A stretch of DNA of 63,827 nt, counting the filler, from Octopus bimaculoides (lineage: Eukaryota), in NCBI RefSeq assembly GCF_001194135.2. It is 6 parts of 5 records of this genome, joined end to end, with 100 filler letters (N's around TTAATTAATTAA, not from the genome) between each part and the next. Parts side by side here need not be neighbours in the genome. Positions count along the whole stretch, not along the records: positions 26,713 to 55,437 come from NC_068983.1; 5 more parts are not named here. The stretch is one strand, 5' to 3'. Both the position numbers and the translations under genes were made by a program. The notes below the pieces were generated by a model that was given only the letters and a program-made list of their open reading frames with translations, ran no database searches and was not told where the DNA came from. Positions 26,880 to 40,769 of this stretch are shown here, piece after piece (the stretch's first letter is position 1; each line of letters opens with the position of its first letter).

Positions 26880-29495
26880 CAACATTGCTTGAAATGGGAG
26901 AGAAGCTAATTTTTTTCTAAACTACGAAACACAGTTCAACATATAAAACATATCGGATAACCCCCTCCTGAAGAAAAAGAATCCAAAAATCCATGCAGAA
27001 ATGATCTCACATTTACCTCATTCAAACCACAGACAATCTAGGAGACACAACTCCACCGACCTAGCCTCCCTTATACTAAAAAATAACATTCAAACAACAA
27101 ATAGGAATTCAGCGCGTAATAGAAAATCCAGACGTAAATTTCAAGGACTCCTACATAGAAATGAAAAAAAAATCCATCCAAGCCTCCAGACTGACCTAAA
27201 CTTTCGGGAACCACTAACTACCAGTCTACCCCCAACATCTCAGTGTCAATGGAAAAATTTGCCTCCCAGACTTAACCCTGAATATGGATACTTAAAGCAT
27301 TCAACTGGACACAACCTAACTAGACAACATAAATTCTCCCTCCACCCACATTACAAAATGAAAAATAAATTTAACCCAAACCACATCAACCATAGACAAT
27401 ATAACAACCCTCAGTACAACCATAACTTAGTCTGCTACACAGTCACCCCAACACAAACATACTACCACAGATACACTACACACCCATTTTCTCATCACCA
27501 AACCAAACACAATACCGACTTTCCACAACAATCCACCTACTACAATCATTTTTTTAGACCTTAATTAGAGAAACAGAGATGTGAAATGGAACAACGTAAC
27601 TAATCAACTTATGAAAGAAAATCCTAAGTATTACACAAACTAAAATTCTAGCAAGAGGTTTAAAGTTTACTCCAACCTCTCGCAGATCGAACCCGAATGA
27701 AATTAAGGATAACACTATGGATTTTTGTTGCAAATTGCGCCTCACAGAAGCACTCCACAACTACACCAATGAAGATGATTCAAAAGTAAAAAACAAAAGC
27801 GAATACTGTCCTACAAAAGGGAGAAATAAAGCATTTGATGATTTTTGTGAACACATTATTAATTTTCTTTTCAATATCCTACAAAATCAACAAATTAAAT
27901 CCAACCTTAACATAAATGAGTGGAAAAACCTAATCGAGTTAAAAAATGATATAAACCTGACCATTAAAGAAGCCGATAAAGGAAGTGCGGTAGTAGTGAT
28001 GGACACAGAGTACTATAAAAATTTAATACTCTCCATGTTGGAAAACAATATTTACTATGAGAAGATAGTACAATGCAACCCACAGAAGACACTTAAAAAC
28101 TGATCTTCCTTACTTCAAATACATGGAAAGGGTTTCACTAAAAAGAAATTGAACTATTTATCCAATTTTTAAAAAACAGACCAAGTCTATTCTACAGATT
28201 ACCTAAAATACACAAAAATCTACATATTTCTAAAGCTTGCAAAGATTCTCCATGCCTATGCATTAATATTCCTCCTCCTACTGACCTCAAACTAAGACCC
28301 ATCATTGCTGGCCCTGCTTGTGAAACACACTGTTTGAGCAATTTCCTCGACATCTTACTCAAACCGTTTCTAAAATATGTGAAAAGCTTCATCAGGGATG
28401 ACTTAGACATGCTTAACCCCCTCGCAAAAAGAATAAATGAAGGAACCCTGTTAGTATCATTCGATGTGATGAACCTGTACACCAATATTCCACACGATTA
28501 TGGGAAAGAAGTAAGCAATCACCTTCTGACTAGAAAAATACCCAGAAGAGATCCCAGGACGCATCAACCACAGATTCATAATTGCAGCACTGAAATTCGT
28601 CCAACTGAACAACTATTTCATGTTCGATACAATCTACTATCAACAAAATTGTGGAATTGCGATGGGAACCCAATCTGCCCCAGTGATCATGAACCTTGTA
28701 GTGGTTACCTAGAACTTAGAATATACCAATCATCACTACAAAAAATTGCACTGCATTTTATTGCCATTTAAAGGAGAACTGGAAGAGGTATTTAGATGAT
28801 AGCATAGACAAACTCCTCGATTTCAAAATAATGCTCAACGATATCAATAGCAACATACAATTTACCATGGAACACAGCTATAAACAACTTCCTTTTCTTG
28901 ACATCCTTATTAAAATAGTCAATAACCGCATCGAAACAGACATCTTCTATAAACCCCCAGATTCAAAACAATACCTATTATTCAACTCATACCATCCCAA
29001 ACACCATCCCAAACACATAAAGATTAATATAGCTTATAATCTAGCGGAAAGAATCTGTACCATAGCTTCGGACACCAATATTAGGGAACTCAGATTAATA
29101 CTAATCAAGAGACATTACCCAACGTCATTAATAAATGATGGGATTAAACAAGCAAAGGAAACAGACATACGAACATTAAGGAAAGTCAACCGAAATACTA
29201 CACCAGACTTAAAAATACTCCCATACATCTCCACACTTAACCCTAGAAGCAGTGAGGCCTTAAACATTATCACCCAAAATCTACCCATTCTCACAGGAAA
29301 TAAAACAACGAACAAAATTTTAGGTTCACACAAAATTTATCAAGAGCAAAATGCAACCGAAATCATTGAAAAAACGCATTAACCAACGCAAGACTATCCA
29401 TTAACAACGGAACCTAAAGTGAAAAAATGTGGTCAGCTTAACTGTGGCACATGCCCTCATCTTTTGGAGGGTACAGAGTTCCACTTTAAACAAGG
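26880..29495 (+). mobile_element. Penelope-like element (copy 2): RT through Cys linker, GIY-YIG missing
   Basis: IKEADKGSAVVVMD, RPIIAGPACET, LVSFDVMNLYTNIPH, GIAMGT..AP, WKRYLDD, IQFTME..LPFLDI, TDIFYKP..KQYL.F.S.HP, KCGQLNCGTCP; frameshifted. Confidence 0.92.
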
Positions 29496-29722
29496 TGAGT
29501 AAATTGCGGCCTTAAGATGATTTAGCGATTCTCTAATATGTATACACAAAATTAATATAAACAGCCGGTTGCAATGTTTCATCAAAAAGGAGAATTATAA
29601 TTGTCACTAAATGTGACTAGAGTGTTAAAAAACGCCTACATTGCTAGAAATAAGAGCTAAAATATTCTAATGCTGTTGTTAGCATCCATGAATGAAAACG
29701 TGTTATTATAGGATATGTGCTG

Positions 29723-32700
29723 TTATAGGATATGTAGCTGTGGTTTGTATTTTTTAATGAGCATGCTTTCATTTTTTAATCGGAATTGGGTCGAAGTATT
29801 TCTGGTGCATTGATAGAGAGGGAAAATTTGGCATTTCAGGTTTATATCTGCAGGGCATTGATCTAAGTGTTTGCTTACGAGAATTTTCCTGGTCGTGTGG
29901 TCCCAGATCTGCTGCCCGTATACAGTCAGTCTGTCCCTCAAGGTCAAGTTAGTTTCACCTACGTAGTACCCATCACACCCACCACATTTGAGGATATGTG
30001 AAGTGACTTTTATGGTGAATATTTGACCTGATTTTAATCTATATGTTGAACCTTCCAAAAGCTAGATGCAAGTCCCGCATTTAGGGCGGTTGCATTTTAT
30101 GACTAGTAGCGTTGTATTCTTGGTGGGTAATTTGGCGTTGGTAGGTAATCGTTTCAGGGATTACGGTTGTCTTTTACTTTTGATAATTCTATGCGCTTCT
30201 AGTGCTTTTTTCACTTGCAGGTCATTCAGAAGGAGGGGTATATTTCGATGGATGATGTATGCTTCCGTGTTCCTTGGATTGTGTTGATACGTAAGACAAA
30301 GTCTTAAGTGTCGTGGGTTTTTCTTGTTTTTCGTAATTCTTGGATGTCTATCGTTTTTGCACGTTCTGTTCTGTTTTTGATTAAACAAACCAGGTATTTT
30401 CTTTTTAGTAATATGTTTTTAAGTCCTTGGGGTCGTTTGTCTCTGGTTTCTGGATTTGATGCAATCATGCAAATTCTTCTTACCAAATTGAAAGGTATAT
30501 AGATTTCAGTATGCTTTGGGTGGCAGGAAGAGATCAGAAAATATTGTTTCGAGTCTGTTGGTTTAAAGTAGATGTCACTTTTAATGTTAGTATCTCTTTT
30601 AAGATTAAAATGCCCATAAAAGGTAGCTGTTTGTGACTGTATTCCATTGTAAATTGGATACTGTGGTTAATGTTATTCATTAAGTTTTTAAATTTTAAGA
30701 GTTGCTCAAGGTTTTGTGACGCGAGAATGAAACAATCGTCCAGGTAACGTTTCCAGTTGGCAAGTAAGTATTTTTGGAAGTTGTCTCCAAATTTCAGTCT
30801 AGCGTGTTCATATATTTGGACTTCCAAGTATGCTGTGGCAAGGTTAGCAAAAGTAGGGGCTACCCTCGTTTCCATCACAGTCCCCGATTTTTGTCTGTAA
30901 GTATTCTCGTTGAAGTTGAAGAAGTTATTCTCTAGGATGAATTTTAATCCCTCAATGATGAATCCTCTTCTGATTCGGTCAGGAGTGTCATCTGGGAATT
31001 TTTCCAGCCAGGATTGTATAGCTTCTATTCTGCATTCGTGGGGAATCTAGGTGTAGAGGTTTATTACATCGAATGAAACCAGAAGTGAGTTCTTGCCAGT
31101 TTTGCTCAGGAGATGGTTTAAAAAGTCCAGATTATCCCTTACAAATCTCAGTATATGTTGGAGAATGGGTTTTAGGAGGATGTCAATAAAGTTACTGAGC
31201 CTGTATGTCTCACAGGAAGGACCGGCCACAATTGGCCTCATTTTGAGACCTCTCAGATGTGGAATATTTATGACGAAAGAAGTTGATCTGCTATAGGCTT
31301 CATTTATGGCTTCACTTTTGTGGAATTGGGGAAGTTCATAAAAGTTGCTGTGTTTTGCAGTCAAATCTAGTTAAGTAATTCCTTCTCTTTTCCATTAAAT
31401 CCTGTTGGAACTGATGTATAAGGGTGGTAAGTTTTGCCATTATCTTGGATTGACTTTAGTCGTTGATTTTTTGTAGTAGGTATTGTCTTGAAGTAGGATG
31501 AGGGTAGTGTTTATGTATTGTTCTGAATCCATGATGACTACAGCACTCCCTTTTTCAGCTTCTTTTATAACTATATTGTGATCTTCTTTGAGATCATTAA
31601 TGATTTCCCATTCTTTTTGGCTTGTATTTGTTTTAAATTTCTAAGTGGGAGTAAATTATAGGGGAAGCTGGATAGCAAATCACAAAATTTATCCAGAGTT
31701 TGATTTCTCCCTTTTGCCGGACAGTAGTTGGTTTTATTATGAAGTATTGAGCAATCATTAATTTCTGTATTGATATTCAGTAACTCGAAGTTTTCTACAG
31801 AATTCCTGGATATCATCCTGTATCTCACTTAAATTTGATTTTTGTGGTGAGATTTTATATGTGAGAGATTTGTAATCTTTGGTAACTCACATTTGGTTGG
31901 TGCCATCGAGTGTCCCGGTTTTGGCCCAGTTTGCCTTAAAAATGGTTCCATGGTTTTTGATGTATGGAATTAGTGCTCTTGTTGATTGCCATTCCGTTAA
32001 TCTTTCAACTGTTGTGGGTTCTCAGTTGTGGTCAGTTCTGTGTGGTGATGTCGTAATAGTTATATCTTGTGGTTTGGACAAGGTGATCATTGTGGAAGAT
32101 ATGTCTCGAACGGGAGAGGTTCCAATTTCTTCTTTGGCCCTGTCCAAATTCGTCATTATGTGGGATGTGTCTCGAACGTGGGGTGTCCCTGTTTGTCCTT
32201 TGCTCCCGTCCAAAATATTATTCCAGAAGGTAATATGTCTGGGTTTCCTGGGATGAGAGAGTTTTCTGTATCTTCGAAGAAATGTGTTTTGTTTTGTGGT
32301 GAAGGGTGCATTGGAATTTCCCGTTCTGTGTCTATGATGAGTATTTGGGTTGTTATTCGATGGTGCTCTGGAGAAGCTATTGGTCATTCATGTTTTTTTG
32401 AAGTAATGACTTTCCTCTGGTTGTGATTTTGTATTTTTTTTTTCTAGAAAGGGCTATCTGATTGATATTCCTCCTTAAATTTCTCCTCATAGTGATTGAA
32501 CCAATCATTGCTTTTTTCCCCATCTTTGAAGAGAAATCACTCCCTTATTTATTTACACGGTTGTCTCCAGAGTAGGATAATGTTATAAAAAAGTTACCTT
32601 TCATCTTCTTTCACAATTTCAACCACCATCTCTTCAGCAATTGAGTGAATATTTTCTTGGTGAGATTGAGCTCTGAGTTTCAGGAATTCTATCTCCATTT

Positions 32701-32980
32701 TGAAGTTCTCCAGAACCATTTTTACCTTAAGTTCTCTGTTTTTCTGGCTCGTTTGGGATGGCTTTAATTTGCAGCTTTCTTGGGGAGAATATAGGGAGTT
32801 GAATTGAGCCATCTCTCATATATCTCTACTTTATTGATATTCTTGATCATATTCCAGAAAACGAATTTACGACTTTTGCAATTTTTGGCCCATACTTGGA
32901 GTAAAGGTTTCTTGATATCGGAAAGCTGTTGAAAGTTGATGTTGTTTTTTCCCGTTTCAGGATTCGGGTTATTTTCNNNN
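29723..32980 (-). mobile_element. Penelope-like element (copy 3) with RT and C-terminal GIY-YIG endonuclease
   Basis: RPIVAGPSCETYRLSNFIDILLKP, SFDVINLYT, WKRYLDDCF, IQFTMEYS, KCNRPKCGTC, ILKCGGCDGYYVGET..FRLKNESMLIKKYKPQL; the N-terminal FWNMIKN motif is shared with copy 1; stops and frameshifts. Confidence 0.93.
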
Positions 32981-33820
32981 NNNNNNNNNNNNNNNNNNNN
33001 NNNNNNNNNNNNNNNNNNNNNNNNNNNNNNNNNNNNNNNNNNNNNNNNNNNNNNNNNNNNNNNNNNNNNNNNNNNNNNNNNNNNNNNNNNNNNNNNNNNN
33101 NNNNNNNNNNNNNNNNNNNNNNNNNNNNNNNNNNNNNNNNNNNNNNNNNNNNNNNNNNNNNNNNNNNNNNNNNNNNNNNNNNNNNNNNNNNNNNNNNNNN
33201 NNNNNNNNNNNNNNNNNNNNNNNNNNNNNNNNNNNNNNNNNNNNNNNNNNNNNNNNNNNNNNNNNNNNNNNNNNNNNNNNNNNNNNNNNNNNNNNNNNNN
33301 NNNNNNNNNNNNNNNNNNNNNNNNNNNNNNNNNNNNNNNNNNNNNNNNNNNNNNNNNNNNNNNNNNNNNNNNNNNNNNNNNNNNNNNNNNNNNNNNNNNN
33401 NNNNNNNNNNNNNNNNNNNNNNNNNNNNNNNNNNNNNNNNNNNNNNNNNNNNNNNNNNNNNNNNNNNNNNNNNNNNNNNNNNNNNNNNNNNNNNNNNNNN
33501 NNNNNNNNNNNNNNNNNNNNNNNNNNNNNNNNNNNNNNNNNNNNNNNNNNNNNNNNNNNNNNNNNNNNNNNNNNNNNNNNNNNNNNNNNNNNNNNNNNNN
33601 NNNNNNNNNNNNNNNNNNNNNNNNNNNNNNNNNNNNNNNNNNNNNNNNNNNNNNNNNNNNNNNNNNNNNNNNNNNNNNNNNNNNNNNNNNNNNNNNNNNN
33701 NNNNNNNNNNNNNNNNNNNNNNNNNNNNNNNNNNNNNNNNNNNNNNNNNNNNNNNNNNNNNNNNNNNNNNNNNNNNNNNNNNNNNNNNNNNNNNNNACAG
33801 AAACTGAAAGAAGCCCGTTG

Positions 33821-33854
<34 letters not shown>

Positions 33855-33868
33855 TATATATGTGTGTA

Positions 33869-33901
<33 letters not shown>

Positions 33902-35868
33902 GTTTATTTGTCTGTATTTGTCCCATCAACATCGCTTGACAACCGATGCTGGTGTGTTTACGTCCCCGTAACTTAGCGGTTCGGCAAAAGACATCGATAG
34001 AATAAGTACTAGGCTTCCAAAGAATAAGTTCTGGGGTCGATTTGCTCGACTAAAGGCGATGTTCCAGCATAGCCGCAGTCAAATGACTGAAACAAGTAAA
34101 AGTGTAAAAGTAGCGGACTGATTCTATAAATATTGGTTGCCAGGAGAATAAGAGGGACCAGCTGAAACTACAAGGGGGCTCACCCGAAACTACAAGGGGG
34201 TCCACCTGCAACTACAAAGCTATCATTTATTTTATTTTATTTATTTTTTTTTTGTTAAAAGTATTCTTTTCAACTGTCTAAAACACAGCCAGGCTGAAAT
34301 AATTAATAATTAATGCATTCTTCCAGGAGTGAATAAAAAATTCTCAAACCCGTCGAAAAGATGTATGAGCTTTCAGGTTTTTGCCGAATGTCCTGCACAA
34401 ATGATTTGTTTATAGTTATCAAAATGTTTGTGTTCAAATCGAAGTTATCTGAAGAGGTGCACTGTGTGCCACGCATCAGGTGTCGAAGTGATCGCAAAGC
34501 AATGTGAGCTGAAGTGCTTGCTCAAGAACAGAACGCATCACCAGATATAGGAATTGAAATCACGATCGCGCAGTCTGTCTGTTCTTTTTCCTCGTTATCT
34601 CCCTTTTAATGGGACTGTTATCCATTTGTCAGCTTTATCGCTCCCTTTGTAAAATATATCTGCTTTTACTGAAGGGGAAAGGGTATATCTTGTGCTGTTG
34701 TGCTGGGGTTGGTGGATACCGTGGTTGATTAGGGCGATTTTGTTTCTGATGTTTTTGTTATCATAGGAGGCGGAATTGTTTGCTGTTGATTTGGTTTGTA
34801 TTTCTGGTGTTGTTGCTGCTGTTCCCGTTATCGCTGCAGCTACTGCTATTGATTTTAATATTATAGTTGTTGTTGCTGCCAATGTTGCTGTTGTGATTGC
34901 CCGCTCTTGTTGTTCTTGTTTATCAGGATGTGGCATTGACAGGGATGAGAGATTTCCGTCATTTGCCCTCTACTGTCAGTAGAAAGCCCTTAGGTGAGTA
35001 GTAACTCTACATATGTAACATGCTGGAATTTGATCATCTACCGCTACGTACGGAACAGTTACATCCAATGAGGAAATCAAGTTGGAAATGGCTTAAATTC
35101 TCTCTTGAGCTGTTTGGATTTAGAGTTCCATTCCTAATCCTGACCAGTTCTTCTCGCATATCTTGTGCACTTCTAATATTTGGGTCTCCCCTTTAATGTC
35201 AGCCAGTACGGCTACGAGACATTTATTTCTGGTGACTCGCCTTCCCACATACGTCATTTTGAAAAAAACTATGGAGTGGCACATATTGGTCTTCTCAGGG
35301 AATCAAATATCGAACATATCGTAATGACTGCCACGAATGTAGAAAATTCTTGAAGTTAGAACGAACTTAACCTTTGTACGGATCTAATTCTTTTTCATTC
35401 GCAAAATATGCATTTTTTTAAAAGGAAGTAAAACATCTGAAAATCGGCTATAATAATGTAACCTTCCAGTCTCATTGCTTTTAAGGTATGATGTTGTGGG
35501 TAAAAAAAAAATTGGAGAAAAAGTTACAGTGGTTTAAAGATATAAAAAACTGGGTATTTTTAGCCAATAGCGAGACAGAAATTTTCTGCATTTAGCGGAG
35601 CGGTATCAACTTTAAGGTTGTACCCTATGAAATTTATAGTTTAGCGTCTGACCTGTTCATTGTAGGTTTCTAAATAAACAGAAATACCTAATAAAATCGA
35701 TATGTATCATCTTACTGTTTCTTTTGTCTCTTCATTGATTGTATGTTTTTATCATTTTCAAAAAATCTGATATATTAATATATTTGTCTGCATGTGTTTA
35801 CTTTATGTGTACTTCAGTATTATGTGTACCTGCCATGTATTTATGTACATCATTGATATATAAGTGCA

Positions 35869-35922
<54 letters not shown>

Positions 35923-36848
35923 CATGCGTGCAAAACTCCAAAGTTGAGTAATGTTTTCATGCTTGGATTTGTAAACTACGATAAGAATAACACTGGTCAA
36001 CAAAGAATTTGTTCCAAGGAAAAGAATACCTGTATCTTGTATGTTTTTGCATGCAGAATTCAAAAATAATGTCAAATTATCTGTATCACCCACAGTTTCT
36101 CTGTTCTACAATATCCCTCTCAGTTCCTGTTACGTGCGCTAAATTTCAGTTAAGATGTTGAAATATGAAGCTAACTGTTTAAGAAATACTCCTAATTTAA
36201 ATTTTTATGAATACAATTAACCTAGGGAAATCATAAATCCAGCTGAGTCAATGATTCTCCAAAATATATGAAATGAAAAATATGTAAAAATACAATGTGT
36301 GAAAAATCAACTTAGACAACAGCGGCACAGTGACTCACAACACAGCGTGCGGTTATCATGGTAAGAAGCTGCTAATGCCACGCTGTCTGTTGATTGGCTA
36401 AAATCACCCAAATTTCATAACTTTAATTCCAAATAACATCAGATTCTTTAATTTAAAGATTAAGTAATTGGTTGATCATAATCAAAATTCAGAGTTGCAT
36501 CGATACACTAAAATTGAAAGCAATCTGATCAAAATTAAGGGGGGCTCATTTTGAAAATGAGAAAGACTAGATCCCGTTCTACTTGGGCTTGGGTTGGTGT
36601 TTCCACCCGTCTACATTTTATTTTGCCCGATGCAGCTGTAGGTTATCGTTGTCCTACCTGTTTGTTCTATAATGTATGTGGAGGTTCATGTTTCGTTCTA
36701 TCTTGAACTTTACCAAATTTTTCGACCGTGACAAGTCTTCCGTTTTTGAACCAAACTTCTCTAACGCTCTTGCTGCATTTCCAAAAGATCCACATTTTTC
36801 ACATTCTTGGCTGTCGTTGCTTTGAGAGTTGACTGGGTGACCAGTTAT

Positions 36849-37177
36849 TGTGGTGTATGCGTGCGAGTAGAAGTAATCGGGTTACCTCGTTTTCCTTCTC
36901 TTGCACGAGTCTGTCCTGCGGTATCCTATCCTCGCGCCTAGCCCGACCCGAAGAACGCTAGAAATAGCAGCTGCTTCTCCCAACACCTAGACGATCGCTT
37001 GTCACGTCCTCTTGTCACAACGACCCCGCTCGAAAAGGGAACGAAATCCCAATCGGGGCTCCCTCTTCCTCTTCTGTTCAGCTTCCAGTTCCGGTCAGTT
37101 CACGGTTCCGGTCAGCGGTCAGCTCCCTAGTTGCTGACGTCATACCACACGCCACCCTGATCTTAAAGATCACGTCC
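36849..37177 (-). mobile_element. Probable 3' LTR of the adjacent Gypsy element (partly in a gap)
   Basis: GC-richer block downstream of the integrase on the - strand, with short internal repeats (ctgaccggaac) and ending in CA. Confidence 0.45.
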
Positions 37178-37619
37178 NNNNNNNNNNNNNNNNNNNNNNN
37201 NNNNNNNNNNNNNNNNNNNNNNNNNNNNNNNNNNNNNNNNNNNNNNNNNNNNNNNNNNNNNNNNNNNNNNNNNNNNNNNNNNNNNNNNNNNNNNNNNNNN
37301 NNNNNNNNNNNNNNNNNNNNNNNNNNNNNNNNNNNNNNNNNNNNNNNNNNNNNNNNNNNNNNNNNNNNNNNNNNNNNNNNNNNNNNNNNNNNNNNNNNNN
37401 NNNNNNNNNNNNNNNNNNNNNNNNNNNNNNNNNNNNNNNNNNNNNNNNNNNNNNNNNNNNNNNNNNNNNNNNNNNNNNNNNNNNNNNNNNNNNNNNNNNN
37501 NNNNNNNNNNNNNNNNNNNNNNNNNNNNNNNNNNNNNNNNNNNNNNNNNNNNNNNNNNNNNNNNNNNNNNNNNNNNNNNNNNNNNNNNNNNNNNNNNNNN
37601 NNNNNNNNNNNNNGGGTTC

Positions 37620-38935
37620 CTTCTCTTCTACGCAGTACTCCGGCGTCTTACTGGGATAGCCTCCATTTATATTTGAACACTGCTCTGTGCGGCAGAGATT
37701 CTTCCACTTGTCCGGATCGGGGAGACATGTTATACCAGAAAACCGCTTCCAGAGGCGAAATGTGCCCCCTTTCAGCCATGGCCTTGATCGTCCGATGGTG
37801 CCTCTCTACGATTCCATTGCCGCTCGGCCTATACGTCGCTCTGAACAGTTGTCGCACCTTCCACTGGTCGAGCATCTCCCCCAATGCTTCCGAACGAAAT
37901 GCCGCCCCGTTGTCCATCAGCAGTTCTTCCTCGGGACCTCTCTCCAACAATATCCCATTCAAAATCCCGGCAATCTCATCAGCAATGCCTGTCCTCAACT
38001 CCCTCGAAATGGCCAGCCGGCCCGGCCCGCAGTCGACCATGGTGAGATACATTCCCTGATGGTAGTGCGTCACATCCACAGCTAGTCTTCTCCAGTTGCC
38101 CTCTACCGAGAGGCTCCCTTGCTCATGCCCACCCGGGGTGGGGGTCAATGGACTGGCATCTGTCACAGTTCCCGACAACTTTCTTGACGCTTCTCCTAGT
38201 GATGTCAGCATCGATCATCTTTGCGAGATACAGGGTCCTATCCACGCCCAAGTAGCTTCTTCAGTTCGGAGTCACCCAGCCGACACGCCGCCACTATCCC
38301 TTTCCTTGCTTCCTTCGGCTCCTCCAGCCATGCCCTTTTCACCCTGGTCAGTGCATCTGCCCTGTTTCTCTCCGAAGTCACGGAAACCACGTTCAGCTTC
38401 ATTCCGAACTCGGCGATCAGCTCTCCTAGAACTCCTAGGCGGCATTTCACCAACATCTCCGTGGCACCTTTCGTCCGGACTCTCTTCTCACTGGTAATCA
38501 CTGTTCCTACCCAGCCGACCACGGTGGCCGAATCCGTCCGGATCTCGATNNNNNNNNNNCTTCTCACTGGTAATCACTGTTCCTACCCAGCCGACCACGG
38601 TGGCCGAATCCGTCCGGATCTCGATCGAGCGCAGCCCCCATCTCAGGGCCAAGTTCACCCCTTTCAGCACCGCGTCTAGTTCAGCGACACTGATGTGGTT
38701 GAATTCCTCCGCTTTCCGTAGCCAGGCTGCATCCTCCACCTCAGCACCTTCAATCTCCAACATAACCCCTATCGCTATACTGCTAGCATCATACCAAACC
38801 GTCCCGCATTCCGTCTTGGGCACATACCAGTTTCCCCTAACTGGGTCTTCCGCTCTCGTCCTCTCTAGGATTTCCCACATCATCGCCACTGTCGCCTCTC
38901 CCACCTTGTCACCCCAACTCTCCCCCTCTGCTCGT
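37620..38935 (-). mobile_element. Ty3/Gypsy pol fragment: RNase H plus integrase (DD35E)
   Basis: WYDASSIAIG..AELDAVLKG..IRTDS..NRADALTR (RNase H); VDVTH..MDNGAAF..GNGIVERHHRTIK with 35 residues between the D and the E; 5'-truncated. Confidence 0.92.
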
Positions 38936-39944
38936 CTCTTTAATTTTTTAGTCTAATATTTCATAGATTTTATGAATTACAAATTTTCTCTTGGATTTTT
39001 TAGTTTTTTAAATTAGTATTTTGTAGAGTACGCTTTTCTTGATGGTGTCCGATCTTCTTCATCGTTTGAGTTGCACCGTGGTGGTTCTTCTCAAAATTAT
39101 TAATATATTTTTCATTATATAATTCAATCTGATATTATTAAATTGTATATCCTTGTAAGNNNNNNNNNNNNNNNNNNNNNNNNNNNNNNNNNNNNNNNNN
39201 NNNNNNNNNNNNNNNNNNNNNNNNNNNNNNNNNNNNNNNNNNNNNNNNNNNNNNNNNNNNNNNNNNNNNNNNNNNNNNNNNNNNNNNNNNNNNNNNNNNN
39301 NNNNNNNNNNNNNNNNNNNNNNNNNNNNNNNNNNNNNNNNNNNNNNNNNNNNNNNNNNNNNNNNNNNNNNNNNNNNNNNNNNNNNNNNNNNNNNNNNNNN
39401 NNNNNNNNNNNNNNNNNNNNNNNNNNNNNNNNNNNNNNNNNNNNNNNNNNNNNNNNNNNNNNNNNNNNNNNNNNNNNNNNNNNNNNNNNNNNNNNNNNNN
39501 NNNNNNNNNNNNNNNNNNNNNNNNNNNNNNNNNNNNNNNNNNNNNNNNNNNNNNNNNNNNNNNNNNNNNNNNNNNNNNNNNNAGTTTATATTTACTTGCA
39601 ACTAACACTCACATTAATACTGGTGTCTGTATGTTTTGAAGGTCAAAGTTTTTTTCCAAACAGTGAATTTTAGAACCAGCATGAGTGCGGAGTAATGAAT
39701 ACCAATGATCTATTCATAAAGAACTTAGTAAATTATAACAAAAATGTAATTAGTTATTTTCTAGTGACTAAAAAACAAAAAAAACAAAAAAAACAAAAAA
39801 AAAAAAAGAGAAAGTGTCACATGATGTTGTTTGAAGTGTATATATCCTGGGAAGCAAACAGATACCAGTTTATGAAACAGACGCAGCAGATATAATTTTT
39901 TTTCATAATATAAGAACTGAAATTTCTTTCTTTCTTCATTGCAG

Positions 39945-40151
39945 AACGAAGGTGAAATGGAAGAATGTGAGAATATCACTACGTCATGCTGTAATCCAAA
40001 ATCATCTACTAATGCACCTAACTTCAATGTTGCTGTTGGTGTTTTGACTACATTGCTATGTTTTGCAATAATTGCAATTGTTGTATTGGTAATATATATT
40101 AAAAGAAAATTCACGAAAGTAAAGTTACAGGAAACTAAAGAGTCACCTGTG
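39945..40151 (+). CDS. Exon of a single-pass membrane protein: short Cys-containing outer segment, TM helix, basic stop-transfer (possible start ATG at 39957)
   Basis: Acceptor tttctttctttcttcattgcag| at 39944, donor GTG|gtaggt at 40152; 207 nt, phase 0/0. Translation NEGEMEECENITTSCCNPKSSTNAPNFN-VAVGVLTTLLCFAIIAIVVLVIYI-KRKFTKVKLQETKESPV: ~24-aa hydrophobic helix followed by KRK, with an N-I-T sequon upstream. Confidence 0.8.
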
Positions 40152-40267
40152 GTAGGTTTTATGATAACAACATTTATATTTGTTCAGTTTCTATTAATTT
40201 TTTTTCTGTTCTATTTTTTGACATCTATATACCAATATCAAACTTTGTGTATGTGAGTTTATATATA

Positions 40268-40416
40268 TATCATCATCATCATCATCGTTTAACGTCCGCT
40301 TTCCATGCTAGCATGAGTTGGACGATTTGACTGAGGACTGGTGAAACCGGATGGCAACACCAGGCTCCAGTCTAATTTGGCAGAGTTTCTACAGCTGGAT
40401 GCCCTTCCTAACGCCA
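40268..40416 (-). mobile_element. SINE/LINE 3' tail fragment with (ATG)n end
   Basis: Minus strand tggcgttaggaagggcatccagctgtagaaac...gcggacgttaaacgatgatgatgatg. Confidence 0.5.
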
Positions 40417-40769
40417 TATATATGGAATGATATAGTTATAGAGACACAGATACAGGACTTCAAATTTCTGTGTCAACAATAGGATGATTATTTTTAATAA
40501 TTGATGGTACTACGGGTACCGGGCTTATGACAGCTGGAGAAGTGCAGCGATCATCGTTGACACAGAAACCTGAAGTCCTGTATATGAGTCTCTATAAATG
40601 TGTCATTTAATAAGCATAGTTCTCAACTTCCAACAATACTGAGGTCTGCCTCTTTTGTCGTTACACGTTGGTTGTCTACCCCCCCCCACACACACAGATA
40701 CCAGTAGATATCAGAAGAGAATGCACACTATTTCGGGGCCTTTCCTTTGACGGTTTTTTAGAGCACCGA

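Noticed and set aside
29420-30110. Selenocysteine recoding in the Penelope-like elements
   Set aside because: No in-frame TGA at Cys positions in the linker or GIY-YIG motifs I could read; the stop there is TAG.
38488-38630. Apparent duplication inside the Gypsy RNase H
   Set aside because: The same ~70 bp sits on both sides of a 10-N gap: likely an unmerged contig overlap.
39674-39691. 18-nt phase-0 micro-exon (NQHECG) upstream of the TM exon
   Set aside because: Weak donor (gtaatg) and poor pyrimidine tract; unsupported without RNA data.
40326-40352. ctgaggactggtgaaaccgg resembling a hammerhead core
   Set aside because: No stem II or stem I; it lies within a SINE tail.
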